From the NCBI GenBank assembly GCA_030770535.1, contig JASVEC010000011.1:868001-932000 (forward strand): DNA of 64,000 bases, in the 5' to 3' direction. The DNA is from Batkoa obscura (Eukaryota). A program made the position numbers and the translations under genes. Below are positions 12,271-27,636 of the stretch, piece by piece; the stretch's first letter is position 1; each line of letters opens with the position of its first letter. The notes beneath the pieces are model-generated. The model searched no databases. It was not told the DNA's origin and saw only the letters and a list, made by a program, of their open reading frames with translations.

Positions 12271-13689
12271 TTATTTAAACTTCCAATCTTCACAATCGGT
12301 ACAATTTGATTTTGAAACACAAGAGACTGTAAAATTCCTATAACTATCTGCCCAATCATCAAATATCTCAGTCACCACCTCTTTAATCCTATGATGAAAG
12401 ATACTAGGTAACCAACCTAAATCTTCAATAGCATTAAAGATACATTTAGTATTTGTATGACATTTGCTGTCCATCCCATAGCCACCTAAATAGCATAATG
12501 AAAGTTTGCCGTTACTAAATATAGTATGTTTATATAAATAATTAAAGCTTAATATAATATAAACTTACCAAGTTCCCATAAATATTGGATCCGCGTTATT
12601 TCCAAAATGATAAATAAATGGTTTTTCAGGTTTAAGTTGAAGATCTAATCCTAATCGACGAGCGTACAGTCTTTCTCCAGGTGCTTCAAACGTAACAGCG
12701 CTTATGTTTTTTTCCATGGCAACTAAAGAAGCCAACGCACCACCAAGTGAATGACCTGTTAATATAAATTTAGCATCCGGGTATTTTCTTTTAGCCTCCT
12801 CGTAGATAGCCTATATTCCCAATTAGCATCGCTTTGTGGAATATAAAATATAAAACTTACCAAAGCCCCATGAAAATAGGTAGTATTCACTTGAGCATGT
12901 TGATGGATACATTTATCATCACATAAGTTTCTATCTTTGGCACATGGACAAACAGGTGTCCAGTTGGCATTCGTAGTACCACAACAACAAGAAAACATTA
13001 AATTATCTGATTCCCTATCGTTGGGACTAGTGGAGTCATCACCACCTGGTAAAAAAGTAAATGATGTTCCTTTGTAAGCTATTATCATCTTCTTCTCTTC
13101 TTTATCTGAAAAAATATATCCTCGTACCTTCCTCTTTTTCCAACCAAATTCTTCTTTCTAAAAAAAATAAATTAATGATTAAGGTGATTTAATCTCTGAA
13201 GCTAAACAATACCTCTTTCCAATCTGGTCCCAAATCCTTCCATGGTCTGTTAGGCAATGGATTATAAGCGTGAGCTGCCATCTTAGCAAGTGTAGTAATA
13301 GACTTCTTTGCCTTTAAAATAACATCGTCGTTATTATTTTGGAAAAAGTTAGGGTCGTCTTCGTAATCTTTAAGTTTTTTTAAAGATTCGAGGTCGATTT
13401 TATGCATTGGTGAATAACTTTTATCTTCTGATGCGTCCCATTGTTGAAAGATAGAGTTTACAACATCAACCCCTGAAATCTCAATGGAAGATTCAGGTTC
13501 TCCAAAATGATAGATATGCTTTAAGGTTAAGTCAAAAGCATCATCGCTATTAGCGTGTTCCTCAGCCGCTTTATTATTGACTATTTTGGTAGCTTGGAAT
13601 GCCCCCTGTCGATGATGCTGTGAGGTGATAGCATTGATAAATAACAATATATAGATGGTTTTTTCAAATAATAAATTTTTGATTTGCAT
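12271..13689 (-). CDS. ATG15: ATG15-like class 3 lipase (multi-exon)
   Basis: IIAYKGTS, DNLMFSCCC, TGHSLGGALASL, TFEAPGE, HFGNNADPIFMG, CHT motif; N-terminal hydrophobic segment. Confidence 0.88.
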
Positions 13690-14003
13690 TTAAGAAATTT
13701 TTTTTCTTTTAACTTAGTTTAACTTTTATATGACAGTCACATTAGATTCAGTTTATGCTTTTTAATCTAATGATTTCACTTAACTTAAACTTCATTATGA
13801 ACGGTTCAGTAAAAACAATGCACAAGTTGAATGGTTTGGCTAAAAATTAAAGGAGGTAAAAACTAAAGCAAAAATTGAACTTTAAGTTAAATTGATTGAA
13901 TAAGCAAACTTGTAAATTATATTTATTTTTTTTGAATAACTTACAATTACCTTAATATTCAAAGTTTAAAAGGATAACAGCTTGATCCCTAAAACTAAAC
14001 AAG

Positions 14004-17000
14004 ATGGAAGACAAGGACAAAAACAAAGGTTTTTCATATAATGAAAAAAAGTACTCACGGGAAGACTGGTCTACATATAACCGGAAAGAGTCAAGGGATA
14101 TCTCAGATAATAAGGAACAGTTTCGTTATAAACCAAATAATCTTCCAAATAAGCAATCCAATCCTGAAAACAAACATCGAAATAACTGGAATAAAGATAG
14201 GCATGATCCTAATTTTAGCTCTCCCAACCTTAGGTATTTATTTTGATTATTCTTTTTTAAAAAACATTTAATCCTTTAGACCACGTGGTGGCTATAGAGG
14301 TAGACCTTTCCGACGCGGTTCTTTTAACAATAAGTTTGATAGGTAGATTGATTTTAAAAATAGTATCAAATTATAACATTAATTGATTTAGATCAAATAA
14401 AGACAGAGATTATAATCGAAGCTTTAACAGAAACACAAGCAATTATTACCAACAAGGAGATAGTGAGAATAGGAATAATCATGCTTCAGATATAACCTCT
14501 CGTCTTGGACCACGCGTATATTCTGATGATGAAAGGGATATTGAAACGACTTCAAATTCATCTTTCAAAAGAAACGACATTTCCCCTATAAATCAATCAG
14601 ATAAAAATAAGGTAAAATATCATAGTCTAATTAAGATTAATAACTTTAACTAAAACAGTCAAAGTATGAGCTAAGTTTTACACGCTCTTCTAGATTGAAG
14701 GATAAATCACCACCAACAACGGAGTGTTCAAGTTCAAAAAGAAGAGCCAATTTTAGAAATGACCATTCAAGAGAAAACTCAGACCATGAAGAAGCATCGA
14801 ATCATCCATTTAATGAAGAAAGAAATTATTATCATAGATCCAATTATCGTGGACGGAATTTTCCAAATCGCGGACGTTTTAATAGAGGCAGAAAACTTTC
14901 AATTCCAAGAAAAATATTTAGGGATAGTTATCGACCAGGGAACAGTGAACATATACTTTATCATAAAGATAATGAAGAGTTTAATGATCCTAAAAGCCCA
15001 AAAAGTGAAAAATTGGAAATCGATGATAAAAGTGATGGTGTTTTGGAAATTAATAATTCATCTAGACTTGACAATGAAATTAGAATTAGAGGCATGAGTT
15101 CTCAATATTCTGGTTGTAGTAGCCCAGGTAGGCCAACTAATGAGCTTAAAGATGTATTTTCAGATCCTCCATATAGTCAAAATGCTAGAAATAATAATGA
15201 AGCTTATCAAAGATACAGTGATCCACATCATATTTCTGGAAGTGAAGACACGTCGTCAAGTTCATTCATTAGAAACGAAGTTCACTTATCTACATTAGAT
15301 GAACAAGGTTTAAATTATCCAAATGAGGAGTCGGCAAATAGGCCAGATGAGTTTCAAATTAAAAAAGAATATATGGAAAGCCGAGCCAATTATTATCAAG
15401 TTCAAAAAGATGATCGATTGAGTAGCGCGGATGCTCTCGAAGTTAAAAAAGAAAATCCAAAGGATATATCAATCAATCTTGAAGCTGAAAAAGAAATTTG
15501 TGATACATTTACGGATCACCAAAATACTATCAAAGAAAGCCCACACCCTAAAGATGATGAAATAAAAGCTATCGTTGGCGCTCAAAATAAAGATAAATTA
15601 GGCGCAGGTGTTAGTAATACTCGAAGTAACGATAATATAAGTGCAGAAGTAGTAAAAACAGAATTTAAAACAGAGACTCCAGTATCTCAGTCAATTGAGC
15701 TTTCAAAAGAGAATGTAGATACAAGAGTACCCGATATGAGTAATTGATTGTGTCTATATTTTATGTATAAGATGCTAACTATTTTGATTTAGACACTAAT
15801 GTTACAGATACTACAAACAATGGAGAGAAATTAAATGAGATAAACGCCCAAATTGAGAGACAAGTTGATTCCATTAATTCTTTCAATGAAATCGAACCAC
15901 AATTTAATGTGGAAGAAGAAGTATTAGAAAATTTAAAGTTCTTGATTGAGGAAAAGATATCAGAACATTATGAAAGTCATCGTGATGATACAGATGATAA
16001 TACTAATCTTGACTCAGAAAACAGTGGCCAACCAAAGGAGTTGATAGTTGAAGGTAATTTGTTAACTTGGCCAATAATAGAAATTAAATTTTGTAGATAA
16101 ACAAATTAAAAATGCTAAAGTTGGAGAGGATATATTGATGTTTGGAAGCAAAAATAATAGCCATGCTAATACCAATATAGTACCAGAGATGGACTCATTA
16201 ACGCAAAATAATCTTCATTCGGACATACCAGACACTGTGATAATCTCAGCAACCAAAACTCAAGGTAAATAATTTTAGTGTTATTTTGAATTAGTTTAAC
16301 TTTATTTAGTAGCTCAAGAAAACAAAGGATCAGTTGGAGCTTTGTCAAACTTTAATCTTCATAAAAAAGTTACATCAAGTTCAAGTAAGCCCTTTGTTTG
16401 TTTTACATGCTCAAAACACTAAATTTTATAGATATCGAACAAATAAGTGGATACGATATGAAAGATCAAAAACAACTCGAGGCCCCATCAAAAGAAATTA
16501 TGGACCATATATCCAATAAAGTCGAGAATAACAAAACTAACCCACCTTCTCACTTTGAAGATCAGAAAATGGTAGTTCAAGAGAATATTGAAAATGCCCA
16601 ACATATTGAATATATGGAAAAGGGAGATGGAGATGGAGTTCTTACTATACAAGCACTTTCTAATCAAAATAGCGAAGTAGCAAACAACATTATGAATAAT
16701 GTTACTGGTTTACCTAAAATTGAAATACTTGGATTTTTTATTGAGAATGGCGCCTTTGATCAAAACGATCCTGATATAATTGAATCTCAGAATGAGCAAA
16801 GCAGTACAGGTATTACAATATATATCATATAAATACATTAATAAAATCATAAAGAAAAAGAAGCCAAATCCACGTTTGAAAATAGATATCCGTTTTACCA
16901 AAAGGCCGTTATGAGGAATAGAAAGTTACGCTCCAAGCTAATGAAGAACTTGTTCAAAAGGAAATTATACTTAAAACAAAAATCATATGAGTTAGCAAAG

Positions 17001-19694
17001 CAGTATAAATCTATTTATGACGGCGATAGAGAACAAAGTAATAGATTGGCTGAGAAAAAGAAGACGCGTAAACGAATGCATGAAAATAGTAAAGGCGATG
17101 GTAGTATTTCAAGTAAAAGTCAAATTGGGAGCTTCAACATTCAATATGGCGATGTAGTAAGAAGTGAAAAAGAGTTTCAAGAGATACTGGCTTCAATTGC
17201 CTGTGCTGATTTGAATCAAGGTGGTGATACTACTAGTACCACAGCAATAGTACCCCCAATTATTCTGGATCCAATTGAAAAGAGTCTAATGACTATGAAT
17301 GATAGTAACACATTGATTTTAGATCCAAAAGTACATTATTTTAAGAATGCAAATGCTGATCATTGGGAACCACCAGAAGAAAAATTGTTTATTGAAAGTT
17401 ACCTCAAGTTCCCTAAACAGTTTGGTAAAATTGCTGCGAAAATTCCAGACAAAACACCAGCGCAGTGTGTGCTCTTTTATTATCGTAATAAAAAGAAATT
17501 GGCTATCAAAAGTCAGCTTGAGAGACACCGAAGGAATGAAACCCTTAGAGCACGTCGTAAATCAACCAGTACTACAATGCCACGTAAAAAAGAAAAAAAT
17601 AGGGAACTTAAAAGTAGGATTAATGAATTGGTTCTTACTAGTGCTATGGTACCAAAGGCAAGTAAAAAAGGAAAGAGTAAGAGCCACAACATAAGTGCAG
17701 AAATTAATCCAGTGATAAACGATAAAGGAACTGATGGTGATAAAGAAGAGAGGTCATCGACAAAAAGTGAAAATAAACCAAAGAAGGAAAGGGGTAAGTA
17801 TACCAAGAAAATTAAAGATAAGATTGGTAAAAAAGTCAAAGATCTTAATCTCAACTCAGCAAGCCAATCAACTTCTAGAAATTCACCTTATATTTCAATA
17901 AGTACAGGGACAACAAGTAATACAAATGATGGATTTAATTCTTCAATGTCTAAAGTAGATAATGCTATAAATTCTTTAATGCAACCAACTTTAGGAAACG
18001 AAAAAACAAAGACTGCTAAAATTAGGAAACCAAAATCAACAGCACACAAACTATCAAAACAAGCAATTGAAAACAGTTTTAATAATGATATGATGCAGAT
18101 GGGAGGTTCTGCTTCTAATTATAATAGTGAAGCTAGACTAGGGGATAATGCAAATAGAAATAGGGTCAGGGATACTTCGTTTGATCTTCAAAAGCAAGCC
18201 TTGGAAAATCAGAGACCTACGCATAACACAGGTTCAATGGTGAGTACACCATCTGTTACTAAAATAAATGCTATTCTTAATTCACCAGAAGCGGACAACA
18301 AGGATAAGAAATGGGGCAAATCAGCACTAATGGACTGGTTTGGGGATAATAACATGGCAAGCTCATCAAGGCAATCAACTTCAACTAGTTATATGAGCCA
18401 AAGGGATCAAAGATTTTCAAATCAGCCATCAGGGCTTTCTTTCTTGGCTGATGTTGCTGAAGTACATGCTAATCGATCTTTTAATAACACTGGATATAAC
18501 ACACCCCCAACAATAAATACTTATCAAGATAGACATATTCCTAACCCAAGATCTAATGAAGTTGCTATGACTCCAAAAGAACATCACCCAGTTCCAACTA
18601 ATACTTCGCTACCACATATCCTTCCTTATCCCCCAACATCTACACTTTATAAGGAATATCCACACATGAGCTCCAACAGCAGGTCATCTCAATATCAACA
18701 ATCGAATCATCCTTTGGCTAGTAATGAATATAAATACCCCAATGCTCAAGCACAAAAAAATATTTATAATACCCAACATGTTCCTTCAAATTATTCTAAT
18801 ACAAGGATAGACTCTAACCCTTATCCTCCTCGGACATTACTTCCAAATTATCCTACTACCTCTTACAGAGGTCATGGGCATTCTCGATCATTACATGCCC
18901 AACCTGGCTATGGTTCTAGAAATACCTATCAACCCATGCCTAGGCACTCAGCTCAACCAAGTGGTGTATCTTCTAATGATCCAAGGATTCTTCAAATAGC
19001 TCATCAGCTTCCAGCCAATGTTGAGCCCAGGCAACATTATCCAAACCCTAGCCAGCCTATGCATAGCGGCCATATGCGTCCCAGCGAACCACATCACGCT
19101 ATAAGCGAGCAATCTTCTCACCATCGTGGATTATCCCATCACCAACTTCCTTCACAACAACCACAATCACAACTTGTGCATCCATCACTAGAAGAGTATC
19201 GTAGATTACAACCAAAACAAGGTGCTAATCGCCCAACACACAATGTATCCAATAATACCCTAATAGGTCCAAGGGCCTCCTCCGTGTTTCCACCAAGGAT
19301 GTTAAACCAAGGCAATGATGGACTTCCACAAAAGCTAGCACATCAACCCATCTTACAAAGTCAACCAAGGAGGTCCTCAATTTCTCAAGCAGATCTTGGT
19401 TATGCTAAACAGCATGAGCAGAGGATGCAAGCTCAAGCTCAATCCCAAGCACAAAATCAAAACCAGCTACAGCAGCCTAGACCACAGTATAGACCCGCTA
19501 TCTTAGGTCATAACGAGATACGTACTTTGCAATTGTCTAGGCTCATTCCAGATGGTCAACGTAATAATTTGCCACAGTTTACGCTGCCGCCTGCTGCTAT
19601 TGAGAACTCATTAAATAAACCAGAGGATATGCAGCAGCATGGGGGACAGCAACAACAGGGTGAGAATCAAGGTGACATGGCTAAAAAGGAGTAG
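14004..19694 (+). CDS. SANT/Myb-domain protein, SNT1/N-CoR-like (multi-exon)
   Basis: WEPPEEKLFIESYLKFPKQFGKIA...QCVLFYYRNKK SANT domain, GDVVRSEKEFQEILAS segment, long low-complexity tails; joining of the 5' exons is inferred. Confidence 0.78.
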
Positions 19695-20170
19695 TGAGTT
19701 TTTGGACTGGTGATGAAGTTATTACTTAAATAAAGATAAAATTAATTACTTTCAAAAATAAAATAGATGTCTTTGATATTAAAATAGAATTAAATTGCTT
19801 GTAAAAGATCAAGTTATCATATTTGAGAATTCAACGTAATTATTTATATTATCCATTAGATTATTAAGAGATTTTTAGATAAATAAGATTATTTACCTAC
19901 TATTAAAATGTAATATAAATTTAACATGGGAGTACTTTTATGAGATAACAATACAAAATCTTAAATTTTATGTATACTTAAATAGCTTAAATAGGATATA
20001 ATAGTAGGGAAATATAGTCTAATATTATAATTTGATGAATACTAAACATTATCACAATTAATTACTAACAGCAGCATAACACCAATCAAAAACTCAAAAA
20101 AAAAACTGTGGCTTAAAAACATAAAACTTAAATAAAGTCATGAAAAAATCAATTTTTTGCTACTAAAAAA

Positions 20171-23100
20171 ATGAGTGACCTTCATCTATCTCGCTATAGT
20201 TTTGGTATACCAGGGAAAGTAACGGATGAAAATACATGTAATTAACTCAAATAGATAAAGTCCCAAACAATTTACAGTCCAACAATTTTTTTTACCCTTT
20301 TAGTACTGAAATTCTACAAACTTGATAACTTGGATGCGACAAGCTGGCATGAAAGCACACCAAATAGTGTGATGGACAGTGATAGACTTGTTCAAGAAGG
20401 TGATGAAAGCTTTGATCCTCTGGGAATCTATCAGACATATGAGTGAGTGTTTGATTTATATATTTTAGTCTCCGATTAATATTTTGAAAAGTCAAGCTTT
20501 TAAACAAGAAGAAGAGCGAGAAGCTTATGTCAATGGTAAACATCAACCAAAAATCTAAATCTAAATTGGTAATTTAATTGATACGCTTTTAGACCCGAGT
20601 TTAGTCTTCAAGAGTCCCAAGTTTGACAGTAGAAAGTATTTATCCTTGGTACATAAAAGTACGCATTATCAGGACCTTATATTGGGAAGAAATTATTTAC
20701 AAGGAGAAATGAGTGAAAGAGAAAAATCATTGAGGGTATTAGTAAAAAACAACTTTGACGCTTTTGTGAGTGCTAAGAATACAGTGGATGGTAAAGATTT
20801 TTTGAAGAATTAATAATATTTTTAGTTAGTATGAATAAGGAACTAATAGTAATAATTTTGGGTTTTAGATTTGTACCAAGAATTATTGAGTAATAATGTA
20901 AAGGAATCTACAGGATATGGAACAGAAAGCTATGAGAATGCTTTAAATGGTAAGATTCAATCTACATTATTGGTCTTTATTAATGGTTTTTATTAGATGC
21001 GTTTAAACAAGCACAGATTGTATTTGGACCAATTATTGAGCGAACAAATCGCACTGAAAAGATAAGATCCACTTTAAATGTGGTAGAAAGATATAAATTC
21101 TTTTTTAATTTACCTACCAGTATGTTGGATTATATTAAAACAGTAAGTTGTTATTAATTAATTGATGTTTGACTATTATTTTTGAAACTATATCTTATCA
21201 ATTGCATCAAATAGTCCAACTATGATTTAGCCGTCCACGATTACAAAAAAGGTAAGCATTTGATGAAATCAGCGGCCACAGGTGCTTCTGCTGGTGGGCC
21301 CTTACATCGATTATTTGAAAAGGTATGGATACCTGTTCAGGATAGTATACTCAAGGTTCAAGAAAGTATCTTTAGTAAACTGGATAACCCCTGGATCGAT
21401 ATGGATCTTCAGGCTAAATATATAAAGTAATATAATATGATAATGCTATAGATGGCTGCTAATCATTTATTTTCAGCTATTTACTTCAGCTTGATTGTAC
21501 CAAAGACCCACTTATCTTTTATTTAAAGAACCAACATAAATGGGTCATTGAGTTTGTGGATAGGTCGTTTACGGAGCATATTGACACATTGATTGGTAGT
21601 TTAACTTGTTTTTAATTTATACTGTTTTTAAATTCTATTTAAGCCCAAACAACCTTAAACAATTCAGTTGGTAATGCGTTTGGAAAGTATGATTTAGAGC
21701 ATCATAAACAGGAAGAAATTATATTGTTAAGGAGAGCCCAAGAAATTCAAGCGCTATTGAAAATTCAAAGCACTGACTTTTTTCAAACAACTATTGGTAA
21801 ATTAAGTAAATGGCTATAAAAATCATTAATATTTCGTAATAAAGATAAACTACCAAATGCTTTTATATGGAAGCAAACGTACGCTTTTATTAAAATATTG
21901 AGCGAATTGATTGGAAAAACTATTCCAGAACTTTACAAGTTCTTAAATCAGTTTAAAAAAGATGAACTTTATAAAGTAATTGTTTCGATTTATGTAAGTT
22001 ATAGAAATCTAACAAGTCTTATTAGAAACTATTCCCGGACAATAAATATGAAGCCTTTTGGTTGCAGATGACAGAGGAGATCGTAGCTCTATTAATGATT
22101 ACAATCTCCAAAGTGTTTTACCCAGATCCTGTAGCCTTACCACAAAAATCGGATAGATCTCCACATTTTAGCATTATCACAGCAATCAATGAGAAAACTT
22201 TGTTACCTTTGCCAGATGACTCAAATTGTTTACTAGTAGGCCACTATGCCTCTATGATTATCCAAGAGCTATCAGTAGCTTTTGTAGAAATCGCACATAT
22301 CAACGCACCAAAGCATATCAATAAGCTCATTTTACAATTATTCTCTAGAACACGAGTGGATTTTTCGGCATTCTTTTGTGATAGTTGGATACAAGGTAGA
22401 CGTTTTTTACTAACTTAGATAGATTTATTTATCTTCTAGATTCCAAATGTGTGTTCCTTATTGATATTGAATCCAAAGCACGCAAGTCAAAATCTTGTCA
22501 AATGTTTTATGACTATCAACTTCGATCAATTACTATTTTAAAGTTGATTATAAAAGCGTCTAAATTGGTGTTGCCAAATTTAATGGCCGAAGTATTTGTT
22601 ACTATTCTATTTTAATTTTAAATTTTATAACACCAACTTTATTAGGATGATCCAGTAATTTTAGAATCCGGAATACCATGCTTAATTGATTCAACCTTGT
22701 CCTTTTTGGATGGACTTAATTTCATGGCCTTTTTTCAAAGAAAAACGGAGACCAAAGATGATCTCCCAGACGTAATATAGTTTTGTGAATAATAATAGTT
22801 AAACTAAACATGATATAGAAACTTGATAAACTAGTGTTAGCACTCAACAACGTCTCGATCACCAAAGAACACAGCCAAAAAATTATTACTGAGTTTGAAT
22901 CTGCAGTTGGACTTAATAAAAAGTTGAATTTAATTGTAAGTCTACTAATCGAAATTTTTTAAAGAAATAAGGTTTATGTTATTTAGCAAATTAAAAGTGC
23001 AATAAAGATTTTGGAGGAAAAATTATTCGATGCTTATATACTTAAACAGATAGCCGATATACGAGAAACTTTACAACAAGGTATTTTGTTCAGTGATTTC

Positions 23101-23639
23101 GATTGGGAAACTAAGGAAAAACCAACGAGTAATTTTATATTTTTTGATTTCGTAATATTTTATCTAACAAGTATAGATATCCGCCCCTTTATTTATGAAA
23201 TTCTAATGTCCTTAGTGGTTGTGCATGCCGAATCCTCCAAAGTAAGTGATGTATTAATGAAGCGTATTTTAGCGAAATTATTAGAATTAATTGCACAAGA
23301 GCTTTTAATATGCTTTCGTAATATTGAAAGACTCTCTAAAGAAGGTGCTCTACAGGTAACCATTATTTTACTTTAAATTAAAAATAATAGCTTAAATTTA
23401 CCCCCTAGGCTACTTTAGAAGTTGAATTCATTGAATTAATATTGCAGCCCTTTTCAACGAGTAAGACATCAGATTTATTTAAGATAATTTATAGTGCTAT
23501 CCATAGTGGACAATACTCAAAGGGGGAACCACCATTCCAGAATATGGATCCGAGTGAATTAAAGGAATTGGAAACACTGGTGGCTAAGGCGAGGTATACC
23601 ACTAGGATCCAGTTTGCTTGTTTTACCTATACAGGATAA
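20171..23639 (+). CDS. SEC5: Exocyst complex component Sec5/EXOC2 (many exons)
   Basis: LVKNNFDAFVSAKNTVD, YKFFFNLP, YDLAVHDYKKGK, IRPFIYEILMSLVVVHAE, GALQATLEVEF, TRIQFACF. Confidence 0.9.
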
Positions 23640-24047
23640 TTGGGGGTTTTATTTAATAAAGAATTGTTTTTTGGAAAACTTTAAGGTGATATTGATTTGC
23701 TGTTTTTTGCTTAGGTGTGACTTCTAGTTTAATCCTTTGAAAAATAGTTTGTATTGTTTACTATTTATAGCTTATATTAAATCGCAATTATTTATTATAT
23801 AAATTATTCTCACTTGAAGTTGTAAATAAACATCACATCTTCAAAATCAATTTGATGATCCATTTTTATTATCTACAGTTCATAATAATATGAAATTAAT
23901 AACCCAGCGAAGCTATCTCAGCCGAGTGACTAATTTTATTACCTAATTTAGCAATTTTTATCCACCAATCACAGTGACCAAAGTCACCACCTCATGTAAA
24001 AACATTAACAATTTACTCCAAGTTTTAACTTTTAGTCAATCGAAAGG

Positions 24048-25336
24048 ATGCAAGTGACCGTGATACGTGTACTTCAACTACTTTTCTGTCTTTTTCTGAT
24101 AGTAGGTATCAATGCAGAAACAGATATATTAAAAGACATTCAACAAGAGGCTAAAAAAGATGGAATCATCTATTTCAAAGACCCAAAATCGTTTAATAAA
24201 TATATTAATGGTAAAAGAGATTTTTCTATGCTAGTAGCTTTAACAGTTCTCGGTGAGAAGTTTGATTGTGCCCCTTGTCGGTAAGTATTTGATTAAAATT
24301 ATTTCTGTGGGCGATGTTTAATGAGGTTTTTTACTTTAGCCATCTTGATAACAACTTAAAACTTATTGCTAAAGATTTGGAAAAGAATGAAAATAAGGAT
24401 AAACTGTTCATTGCTTCTCTAGATTATGAGGATGCCACATCTGTTTTCGTTAAGGTATTCAAAATTTTGTTTGTGTTTTATAAATTTTTAGATTGTTCAT
24501 TAGTATGGATTAACTGGAGCACCTAATCTTTTCTTGTATACCCCAAATGAAGCTAAAACTTCGGACCCAAAATATCAAATCTATAATGAGTCTCATAGGT
24601 ACTACATTAGTTTATTATTAAGTAAAAAATTAATATGTTTTATAGCGAATCTTCCATTGAAGAAATGATCGAATTCCTTAATAAATATTTGGCTTTTAAA
24701 GTAAACTATAATCAAAATTAGATAGGAATATACATAAATAAGATAATCTAGGTATTCTACAACAAGCCAATAGACTATCAATCTTTAGCTTTAAAAGGAG
24801 GCGTTACAGTTAGTTTGATCGCTTTGGCCTATCTGTTTGCTGCCAATGTAAAACAACTTTTAACTAGTAAAAGGTTATGGTCAGCTATTACTTTAGTAAG
24901 TTTTAGATTTATAATCAAAATTGAACATCTAATTTAACATTCAGGTATTCATTCTCTCTATGTCCTCCGGTCAGATGTGGAACAGTATACGTCAGCCCGC
25001 CTATTCAAGAATGGCAAGGAATGGAGCTATACAATGGTATGCTTCTGGCTTCCAAGAACAATATGGATTAGAAAGCCATGTTATTGCTTTCATATGTACT
25101 TTTTTTTGTTTTTTCGTTTTTTTGTTAATTATAACTTATTGGTATTGTTATTAGATGGCTTAGCTACATTTGCAGTAATCTATATTGGCCGTACCACTCC
25201 TACAATCAGCAACCAATGGTTACAATCTTTGTTGGCCATTGCTTTTCTAGCTATCTTAGTAGGCTCCATCCTATTTCTAATGGGTGTATTTAAGCTCAAG
25301 TTTAGTCTTTACCCTTTCATATCTTTCAATTTTTAA
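24048..25336 (+). CDS. Oligosaccharyltransferase subunit, OST3/OST6 (MAGT1/TUSC3) family
   Basis: Signal peptide, CAPC thioredoxin-like motif, SGQMWNSIR, QYGLES, C-terminal transmembrane segments ending YPF. Confidence 0.88.
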
Positions 25337-25412
25337 AATTAGGAATGAATAAAATGGAATATATAATAATATAACCAATATAATTTTATTTGATAAGTTT
25401 GTCTTTTTACAT

Positions 25413-27636
25413 CTAAAGCGGTACTTTATCAGCCACGCTTAATATATCTGATTCAATACGATCTGTGATATTTTGGGCATCAAAGTCAGTTGCAATTTGC
25501 ATGATATCCATCTAGATAAAAAATTAGCAAATTTACTGTTTTATAACAAAATGAGGTTCTTACAGTAAGGCCATAATTCCCCAAGATATCAACGTGTTCA
25601 CCAGTTTCTGGACCCCCACGAATATCTTCATAGATAGCCACTGGTTTGTGCTTGAATTCTCTAGTTATTACTTCTAACCCACTTGGATTATACAACTTCT
25701 TTTTCCATCCTTTAACGCACATATATCCTAAAGATAACAATTGTACAGAACCATCTCTAAATAAAGGTGTTAGATTAAGCCTTTTATACTATTGATGCAT
25801 TATATTGTATTACCCTAATCCACTACGTACTCCAGACTCCGATTTTGAATCCAAATCGTTAATTTTATTATCAATAATATACTTCAAAGTCCTACTCTCA
25901 TCCAATTCCTCCAACGCTGGTGTTTCATCGTAATGATACGATCTTTCTGTAGGCAACCCATATCCATATAAGCAATAATACTTCATACTAGGAGCATTTG
26001 GCAAGTTAGTTTCTAATGGATTAGACCAAGCAGCCGGATCATCATTTCTTATTTGGTCTTCCTTTAAAGCAGCTCCAAAGCTATATGACTCTTCTAAATT
26101 CTTTTTGAACTGTTCGCCACCAGCCACTTTTAATAGCTGAATTGCTTCATCCACTGTAAAGTTGTGACCCAACGTGGATTGGGTAGGAAACAATAAAAAG
26201 TTACCATGAGAAACATGATTCTCAATGTCATCTGCTGCCTTTTCATGATTACCCCAAATATGCTCCCCACCCTTTGGAATCAAAGACCAAAGGCCACCCC
26301 AACTACGGAACAACTCAGCTCTTTCTTGTCTCGAAAAATAGCGTTCTAAAATATATTGTGCCATTGGTTGCACTGTTTCTCTTTGTTCACCACTAAGCAG
26401 AGAAGGGATTGTTTTTAAGGCGCCCAACAAGGAACCAGCTATATTTACAGAAGCATGGATGTGATCTTCTACCCAGTTTTTACCTCCTTTACCACCATTG
26501 TCACTCTCAACCCATTTTAAAAAATAGTACCATACAGAACCACCTAAAAAACAATTAATTAATTTTTTGTTAAGTTATCCCAAGATTTGGTTTACCCATG
26601 GAATGCGACAATACTACTAATTTTTCGCCAGAACCAATCTTTGCTCGTTCAATGGTATTTTTTAATTTACTAAAAAAACTATCTCTCTTTTCTAAATTAG
26701 CATAACTCAGTCTCCAATCATAAGCAGCCAGATGCATATTATTATTATCATAACCAAGAATTGCAAAGTTTTCAATTAATTTAGCCCATACCCAATAGCC
26801 AGTAACAAAATAGTCAGCAGCATCTAAACCTGTTTCAAATAAAAAAGAATAAATCGCTCCAATTGAAAGCTTATACTATTTAATTTACCCTGTGCTGCCC
26901 TTAACTTATAATCTCCGTTATCCAACCCAGTAACTGGGTCCAATTTTAAACTATTGACCCAGCATTGCTTATCAGTCAACACTGTTTTAAACATATTCAT
27001 TGTACCCCATATCCTTTGACGAAAGTACTTTTTTGAGCAATTATCTAACCCCCAGGACTCTAAACCCTAAAACACACTTAATAACAAATAACAATAAAAA
27101 TTCATAAATTAACTTACTGAGGTAATAATCCCCGGAATAATGACCACTGGATGTTTAGGCTTTGCGCCCATATCCTTTAACTTCCTACCTGGTGAGTCCT
27201 CAATCTTTGCCACTGGTGACCTCTGCGTCACACTATTACTGAAATTACCAAATAACTCCTCTAACATGCTGTTTTCGGGCAATAACGACTTCCAATCGCC
27301 ATCCGCCAAATCAAACTCAAAGTTAAAATAACTCGACCAATCGTTGCCATAAAAGTTTTGAATGCTTTCCTTTTTTGTAGACACCAAAAAGTAGGCTAGG
27401 ACAAAACCCAATAATGAACCAAAGATGAAGAATACTCTTCGTCGTGTCACACGTCTGAATCGACCATCTTCGGTCTGCTCTTCTTTAATTAATTGACCAG
27501 TCAGAAGCTCGTTGAAGGAACTCTTACGTTTTGATAAACTGGGCTTAATGCTGTTAGAGGTGGATGCTTCCTCCTCTTCTCTTTGAATTCGTCTCTCATT
27601 TTGCTTGCCTTTGCTCGTTTTTTTTACTTTCTCCAT
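25413..27636 (-). CDS. LRO1: Phospholipid:diacylglycerol acyltransferase (LCAT family)
   Basis: N-terminal transmembrane segment, HPVVIIPGIIT, AAYDWRL, SHSMG, WSNPLETNLPNAP, HVDILG. Confidence 0.93.

Noticed and set aside
18300..19694. Q/N/H/P-rich tail of the SANT protein as a prion-like novelty
   Set aside because: Low-complexity tails are ordinary in large transcriptional co-regulators
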